From an uncultured Bacillales bacterium (GTDB lineage Bacteria; Bacillota_I; Bacilli_A; RFN20; CAG-826), in the NCBI GenBank assembly GCA_946409515.1, contig CAMJWS010000004.1, positions 36,013 through 100,012 of the forward strand: a stretch of 64,000 bases of DNA, written 5' to 3'. Shown in pieces: positions 58,930-64,000 of the stretch (position 1 is the stretch's first letter; every line of letters begins with the position of its first letter). The notes under the pieces were generated by a model. It was not told where the DNA came from and searched no databases. It saw only the letters and a list, made by a program, of their open reading frames with translations. A program made the translations under genes and the position numbers.

Positions 58930-59712
58930 TTACTTTTCTAAATAATAAATTGGAAAGATTTGATTCGCAAGTCCAGTGATATCATCGATATCAATAACGA
59001 CCGCGGAGAAGACTCCCCTACCTTCATCTGGAGTTTGGAATTTGCTTTGTTTGCCATAGATAATCTTTTCTACAACAGTTTCTTTAGTGCAACCTAAGAC
59101 ACCATCCGCAAAGCCAGTCATACCGACATCACTAATGAAGGCAGTACCATTTGGTAAAACATGGGCGTCATTAGTCTGAACGTGGGTATGTGTTCCTAAA
59201 ACAGCAGATACTTTGCCGTCCAAGGCGAACGCTAAAGACTGCTTTTCTCCTGTTGCTTCAGCGTGGAAATCGATGATGTGGATGGTTGCTGGTTCCTCCT
59301 CTGCTAATAAGTTAAGGATGGAATAATAAGGAGCGTTAACTTCTTCGTTCATAAAGGCGCTTCCTAAGATATTAGTAACTCTTACTGAAACGTCATTTAC
59401 TTCAAAGACCACACTACCTTCACCAGGGAACTCTTTTAATAAGTTATATGGCCTAACTAAACGATCGACTTGATTGATATAACGGAGGATATCGCTCTTA
59501 GACATATAGTGATTGCCTAAAGTCACAGCGTCCACGCCTGCATCAACAAGTTCAAAGTATTGATTTCTTGTTAAGCCTTTACCATGCGAAGCATTCTCGC
59601 CATTAGCAATAACAAAATCAATATCGTATTTTTCTACGTAGTAAGGAACTCTTTCCTTAAGCATGCGTCGACCAACACGACCGACCACATCTCCGATAAA
59701 TAATATTTTCAA
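58930..59712 (-). CDS. ymdB: YmdB-family metallophosphoesterase (2',3'-cyclic-nucleotide phosphodiesterase)
   Basis: MKILFIGDVVGRVGR...GNHY motifs; downstream of rny as in Bacillus. Confidence 0.85.
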   Translation of the reverse strand: MKILFIGDVVGRVGRRMLKERVPYYVEKYDIDFVIANGENASHGKGLTRNQYFELVDAGVDAVTLGNHYMSKSDILRYINQVDRLVRPYNLLKEFPGEGSVVFEVNDVSVRVTNILGSAFMNEEVNAPYYSILNLLAEEEPATIHIIDFHAEATGEKQSLAFALDGKVSAVLGTHTHVQTNDAHVLPNGTAFISDVGMTGFADGVLGCTKETVVEKIIYGKQSKFQTPDEGRGVFSAVVIDIDDITGLANQIFPIYYLEK

Positions 59713-59740
59713 ACTTCAATCTTTCTATGAAATAGGGCTA

Positions 59741-61300
59741 CTATTTCGCGGTTTCTATCGCACGATATTCACGAATGACAGAAACTTTAATTTGACCTGG
59801 ATAGGTCATTTCATTTTCGATACGTTCTTTGATGTCTCTAGCTAATTTGAAGGCACCAATGTCGTCGATCTTTTCTGGAATAACCATGACACGTAATTCA
59901 CGGCCAGATTGCATCGCGTATGATTGATAAACACCATCGTATGACTTGCAGATTTCTTCAAGTTGTTCGATACGTTTGATGTAGTTTTCTAAGATTTCAC
60001 TTCTAGCACCTGGTCTAGCAGCACTTAATGTATCAGCGGCTTGGACTAAGTTAGCAATGATGTATTTAGCAGGAACATCACCGTGGTGAGATTCGATGGA
60101 GTTGATAACAACATCACCTTCACCATACTTCTTAGCAAGTCTAGCACCGATTTCAACGTGGCTACCTTCCATTTCAAAGTCAGCGGCTTTACCAACATCG
60201 TGTAATAAGCCAGCGCGTTTAGCTAAGTTTTGATCTAAGCCAAGTTCAGCGGCCATGATACCACATAAGTAAGCGACTTCGACAGAATGGTCTAAAGCGT
60301 TTTGACCATAAGAGGTACGGTATTTTAAACGACCGACATAGTCGAGTAATTCCTTATTGATTCTTGGTAAACCAAGTTTGAAGGCGACTTCTTGACCCGC
60401 TTTATGGATGCTTTCATCGACTTCTTTCTTTGTCTTTTCAACGATTTCTTCAATTCTACCTGGTTGAATACGACCATCTTTAATTAAGGCTTCAAGAGAT
60501 AATCTAGCGATTTCTCTTCTAATAGGATTGAAGCAGCTAACGGTAATAACTTCTGGAGTATCATCAATGATTAAATCAACACCAAGGAGTTGTTCTAAGG
60601 AACGGATGTTACGACCTTCACGACCAATGATGCGGCCTTTCATTTCATCACTTGGTAAAGCAACAACTGACACTGTTCTTTCGTTGGTGACATCTTGAGC
60701 GTATCTTGTGAGGGCTAAGCCTAATAATTCTTTAGCCTTTTCATCGCATTCTTCTTTAGCTTCTTCTTCTTTTTGTTTTACAAAGGCAGCAATTTCTTTA
60801 CTGACTTTACTTTCGACACGATTGAATAATTCATCACGCGCTTCTTGTGTAGACATTTGCGCAACCTTTTCAAGTTCGACGATAATGCTATCAATCTTTT
60901 CTTGAAGAGCGGCATCTTTCTTGTCTAATTCTTTTAAGCGTCTGTTTAATGTTTCGTTCTTTTCGTCTAAAGCATTTTCTTTAGAAAGAAGAGCGGCATC
61001 ACGACGATCAATGTTTTGTTCTCTTTGATTAAGAGATCTTTCTTGGTTTTGTAATTCTTGTTTTCTTTCGTGGATTTCTTTGTTTGCTTCTTGTTTCATT
61101 TCATTGACAGCTTGTTTACCGTCAATTTGAGCATTCTTGGTAATGTGTTCCGCTTTGATTTCAGCGTCACGGATAATTTTCTTTGCGTTGTTCTTAACAA
61201 TATTGTTTCTAACAAATGGGATTAAGAAAGCAACCGCTGCACCAGCGATAAGGCAAAGAACACCGATTAGAATGCCCACCCAAATTGGCATTTCTGGCAT
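59741..61300 (-). CDS. rny: Ribonuclease Y
   Basis: N-terminal TM, coiled-coil region, KH domain ([13 protein letters not shown]), HD domain (...LLHDVGK...); 519 aa. Confidence 0.93.
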   Translation of the reverse strand: MPEMPIWVGILIGVLCLIAGAAVAFLIPFVRNNIVKNNAKKIIRDAEIKAEHITKNAQIDGKQAVNEMKQEANKEIHERKQELQNQERSLNQREQNIDRRDAALLSKENALDEKNETLNRRLKELDKKDAALQEKIDSIIVELEKVAQMSTQEARDELFNRVESKVSKEIAAFVKQKEEEAKEECDEKAKELLGLALTRYAQDVTNERTVSVVALPSDEMKGRIIGREGRNIRSLEQLLGVDLIIDDTPEVITVSCFNPIRREIARLSLEALIKDGRIQPGRIEEIVEKTKKEVDESIHKAGQEVAFKLGLPRINKELLDYVGRLKYRTSYGQNALDHSVEVAYLCGIMAAELGLDQNLAKRAGLLHDVGKAADFEMEGSHVEIGARLAKKYGEGDVVINSIESHHGDVPAKYIIANLVQAADTLSAARPGARSEILENYIKRIEQLEEICKSYDGVYQSYAMQSGRELRVMVIPEKIDDIGAFKLARDIKERIENEMTYPGQIKVSVIREYRAIETAK

Positions 61301-61632
61301 AATAATTTTCCCTTTCTATAAATGTAAAATAGTTAGTCTATAAATAGACTTTACCTAAAATGTTTCCCCATTATAAGGATAGGAATAAGCATTTTTTATA
61401 ATCAACAGGTAAAACCTGATAACAAAGTTCTCGAATGAGAATATATAGGTAAGTATCTTTCGAGGATACAAAATAATTATAATCTCGCAAATAAATAATG
61501 TCATTATTTTTTGTGTTAGGAATGTCAAAGCGCACGGTATAATAAAACACAAGAACAAATCCTCTGAAACACTTTACGGGTTAAGTTTTATAGGGATTGC
61601 TTAATCAGTAGGCACAAAAAGAGGCAAATCAC

Positions 61633-61666
61633 AAAAAAGGAACCGAATTACTCGATTCCTTTTTTA
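61633..61666 (-). terminator. Intrinsic terminator downstream of recA (potentially bidirectional)
   Basis: aaaaaAGGAACCGAauuacUCGAUUCCUuuuuua: an 8-9-bp stem with one mismatch, flanked by A-rich and T-rich tracts. Confidence 0.6.
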
Positions 61667-61680
61667 TAATTGATTTCCAA

Positions 61681-62682
61681 TTATTCTGTGACAACGCCGG
61701 TCTTGATCTTTTCTAAAAGTTCATTTGCGACGTCTTCATTTTCTTTTAAGTAAGCTTTCGCGGCATCGCGGCCTTGGGCAATCTTGCTGCCATTGTATTC
61801 AAACCATGAGCCAGCTTTCTTAATGAGACCTAATTCGACTGAACGGTCGAGAATTTCGCCTTCTTTAGAAATGCCTTGACCATAAATGATATCAATTTCA
61901 CATTGTTTAAATGGTGGGGACACTTTGTTCTTAACAATTTTCACACGGCATGTATTACCGATGATGTCTGAACCTTGTTTAATTGCTTCTGTACGACGAA
62001 TGTCGATACGGACGGAAGCATAGAATTTTAGTGCACGACCACCTGATGTTGTTTCAGGATTACCATACATTACACCAACTTTTTCACGTAATTGGTTAAT
62101 GAAGATAACTGCACATTCTTTCTTGTTGAGAATACCCGCGATTTTACGCATAGCCTTGCTCATTAAACGCGCTTGTAAACCAACTGAACTATCACCCATT
62201 TCCCCGTCTAATTCTGCTTGTGGGACTAAAGCCGCGACACTATCAACAACGATTAAGTTGATGCTGCCAGAATCAGCAAGCATTTCGACGATTTCAAGTG
62301 CTTGTTCACCATTGTCTGGTTGGGAAAGAATTAATTCGTTAATATCAACACCCAAATTTTTCGCATAGAGTGGATCGATAGCGTGTTCAGCATCGATAAA
62401 TGCTGCACGGCCACCATTCTTTTGGCATTCCGCAATTGCGTGTAATGCTAATGTGGTCTTACCACTGCTTTCTGGTCCAAAGATTTCGATGATTCTACCC
62501 TTTGGATAACCGCCAACACCAATTGCTTCATCAATTAATAATGAACCGGATGGGATTGCGTCGACATCGACTGTTTCTCTATCGCCTAAACGCATGACAG
62601 CGCCCTTGCCATAGAGCTTTTCAATTTGCTTCAACGTTTCGTCTAACGCATCGCCTCTTAAATTTTCTTTTTCTTTTGCCAT
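61681..62682 (-). CDS. recA: Recombinase RecA
   Basis: ...[13 protein letters not shown]... Walker A; 333 aa. Confidence 0.97.
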   Translation of the reverse strand: MAKEKENLRGDALDETLKQIEKLYGKGAVMRLGDRETVDVDAIPSGSLLIDEAIGVGGYPKGRIIEIFGPESSGKTTLALHAIAECQKNGGRAAFIDAEHAIDPLYAKNLGVDINELILSQPDNGEQALEIVEMLADSGSINLIVVDSVAALVPQAELDGEMGDSSVGLQARLMSKAMRKIAGILNKKECAVIFINQLREKVGVMYGNPETTSGGRALKFYASVRIDIRRTEAIKQGSDIIGNTCRVKIVKNKVSPPFKQCEIDIIYGQGISKEGEILDRSVELGLIKKAGSWFEYNGSKIAQGRDAAKAYLKENEDVANELLEKIKTGVVTE

Positions 62683-62743
62683 ATAAGGAACTCCTTCTAT
62701 TAATTAAATAGGTGTGATTTTTCGTTTTTGTCCAAATTTTTGA

Positions 62744-63211
62744 TTATTTTTTTATATTTTTTTCTAGTAGCGCTAGCGCTAAAGAAATTGCATCTTCTTG
62801 AATTTTATTTCTATTTCCCTCTAATTGGTAGTGATATGCTTCAACTTTTTCTTTGGTGGCTAAACCAATATAGATTTCACCAACTGGTTTACCTTCCATT
62901 GCCTCTGGTCCAGCATTGCCAGTAAAGGAAACACAAACATCAACATTAAGTTTATCTCTACCGAATTTTGCCATTTGATAGGCGATTTCATTAGAGACTA
63001 CACCATACTTATCAACGTCCGCTTGAGAGATGTCAAGTAAACGTACTTTTTCTTCAGTAGCGTATGTTACAAGTGCGCCTTTATAAAATTTTGAAGCACC
63101 TGGAACTGCGGTTATTTCTCTAGCGAATAAGCCGCCTGTAAAAGATTCAACAGAACCTAATGTAAGTCCTTTTTCACGGAATAGGGAGTTGATATCTTGT
63201 ACTGTCGCCAT
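62744..63211 (-). CDS. cinA: CinA C-terminal-domain protein (competence/damage-inducible; NMN deamidase PncC-like)
   Basis: ...LTLGSVESFTGGLFA...VSFTGNAGP... CinA_C motifs. ATG at 63211 with AAGGAAG RBS; adjacent to recA. Confidence 0.8.
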   Translation of the reverse strand: MATVQDINSLFREKGLTLGSVESFTGGLFAREITAVPGASKFYKGALVTYATEEKVRLLDISQADVDKYGVVSNEIAYQMAKFGRDKLNVDVCVSFTGNAGPEAMEGKPVGEIYIGLATKEKVEAYHYQLEGNRNKIQEDAISLALALLEKNIKK

Positions 63212-63212
63212 C

Positions 63213-63857
63213 TTACTTTTCTTCCTTGAAGACGTGCTTATTTTGTACGACGTAGATGACACCAGAAATCACTGACGCTAAAGTGGCTAAATACACGATA
63301 AAGTCAACGATATGCAAGCCTTGTGGCCAACTGGCATCAAAATATCTAAATGGGAAACCATTGAGTAAGACTGCACCAATGGCAACCATTTCCAAAACTG
63401 TTTTAAGTTTACCGAAGATATTAGCGGCAATAACTTTGCCCCTACTTGCGGCAATAAATCTAAGAGCATCAACGACAATGTCGCGTGCTACTAATAGCAT
63501 TGCGCACCACATATTGAAGCCAACTTGATTAAGACTTCCTGGAATATATGGAGCGAAAATTGATGGAGCGATTAAGAAAATAACTAATGAATTGATAAGA
63601 AGTTTATCGGCTACTGGATCAAGGAATTTACCTAAGTCAGTAACTTGATTATTCTTCCTTGCTAGGTAGCCATCTAAGTGGTCTGTATAGCAAGCTAGGA
63701 CAAAGAAAGCAAAGATAATTAAGTACACTAAATTGATACCCGTGTTGCCTAATTCGATGGTTTGCCATCCTGGGATAACGCTTAAAACAAAAAGCGTAAT
63801 AATCATTAATGCTATTGCAACGATTCTAGCGAATGTGATCTTTGTTGGTAAATTCAT
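63213..63857 (-). CDS. pgsA: CDP-diacylglycerol--glycerol-3-phosphate 3-phosphatidyltransferase
   Basis: CDP-alcohol phosphatidyltransferase motif DHLDGYLARKNNQVTDLGKFLDPVADKLL. pgsA-cinA-recA synteny as in Bacillus. Confidence 0.88.
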   Translation of the reverse strand: MNLPTKITFARIVAIALMIITLFVLSVIPGWQTIELGNTGINLVYLIIFAFFVLACYTDHLDGYLARKNNQVTDLGKFLDPVADKLLINSLVIFLIAPSIFAPYIPGSLNQVGFNMWCAMLLVARDIVVDALRFIAASRGKVIAANIFGKLKTVLEMVAIGAVLLNGFPFRYFDASWPQGLHIVDFIVYLATLASVISGVIYVVQNKHVFKEEK

Positions 63858-63867
63858 TGTTTCTCCT

Positions 63868-64000
63868 TAGTGAGTGTCCGGTCCTATAAGCCATGTTCTG
63901 TTTTGACAATCATTTATCTAGGCATTTGCCTACAAGGTTTAATTCGGTTCTCTCTCCTTGTCTCCCCTACCAAATTTGGGTTTCTCGCTTGTGGGGTTTA
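63868..64000 (-). ncRNA. rnpB: RNase P RNA, 3' portion (gene continues beyond the window end)
   Basis: Minus-strand RNA ...GCCUAGAUAAAUGAUUGUCAAAACAGAACAUGGCUUAUAGGACCGGACA closely parallels the conserved 3' region of bacterial RNase P RNA (E. coli M1: GGCCUAGAUGAAUGACUGUCCACGACAGAACCCGGCUUAUCGGUCAG). Confidence 0.75.

Noticed and set aside
61355-61558. 67-aa ORF in the recA-rny spacer
   Set aside because: Highly hydrophobic Ile/Phe/Leu-rich composition from AT-rich DNA, with no RBS. It is more likely part of the rny 5' UTR.
1-64000. Mycoplasma-type genetic code (UGA = Trp)
   Set aside because: The very long conserved genes (rpoB, rpoC, fusA) are uninterrupted under the standard code and Trp is encoded by TGG, so UGA is a stop codon here.
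1-64000. CRISPR arrays, IS elements, integrases or prophage genes
   Set aside because: No direct-repeat/spacer periodicity, transposase or integrase ORFs, or phage structural genes were seen. The only repeats are the coding low-complexity tracts (the poly-Ser linker and the acidic tail of RpoE).

Overview
AT-rich (~32% GC) bacterial chromosome segment read with the standard genetic code. rpoB and rpoC form long uninterrupted ORFs, so UGA is a stop codon. Gene content and order are Firmicutes-like, and together with the many lipobox lipoproteins this is most consistent with an Acholeplasma-like, standard-code Mollicute or a related low-GC Firmicute. Most genes lie on the minus strand. The housekeeping backbone includes the str operon (rpsL-rpsG-fusA-tuf), acpP-plsX, rpoB-rpoC plus a YbxB-like methyltransferase, rplK-rplA-rplJ-rplL, rpmG-secE-nusG, folC with an ECF S-component, smpB, glnS, argS-ispF-ychF, rpoE-nrnA, fhs, tcdA, miaA, miaB-ymcA, ymdB-rny, recA-cinA-pgsA, and the 3' end of RNase P RNA at the window edge. 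Accessory content stands out against this backbone. (1) Three paralogous surface lipoproteins carry a cysteine-phosphatase domain (N-x-RD-x-GG ... HC-x5-R-T-G, PF13350-like). One heads an apparent operon with two RDD-family membrane proteins that carry large ecto-domain insertions, a 667-aa surface protein with a C-terminal membrane anchor, and a MalK/UgpC-like ABC ATPase with a ~250-aa insertion. The other two sit in a lipoprotein cluster at 37.9-43.0 kb, one with a long Ser-rich linker. (2) An ECF-type sigma factor and a translationally coupled membrane anti-sigma candidate lie between plsX and rpoBC. (3) A plus-strand ktrB-ktrA K+ uptake operon is inserted into the conserved secE-nusG/rplKA cluster, and a GC-rich structured leader precedes rplK. 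(4) A tandem pair of MacB-type fused ABC ATPase/FtsX permeases is present. No CRISPR array, IS element or prophage was seen. The exact organism cannot be named from the sequence.
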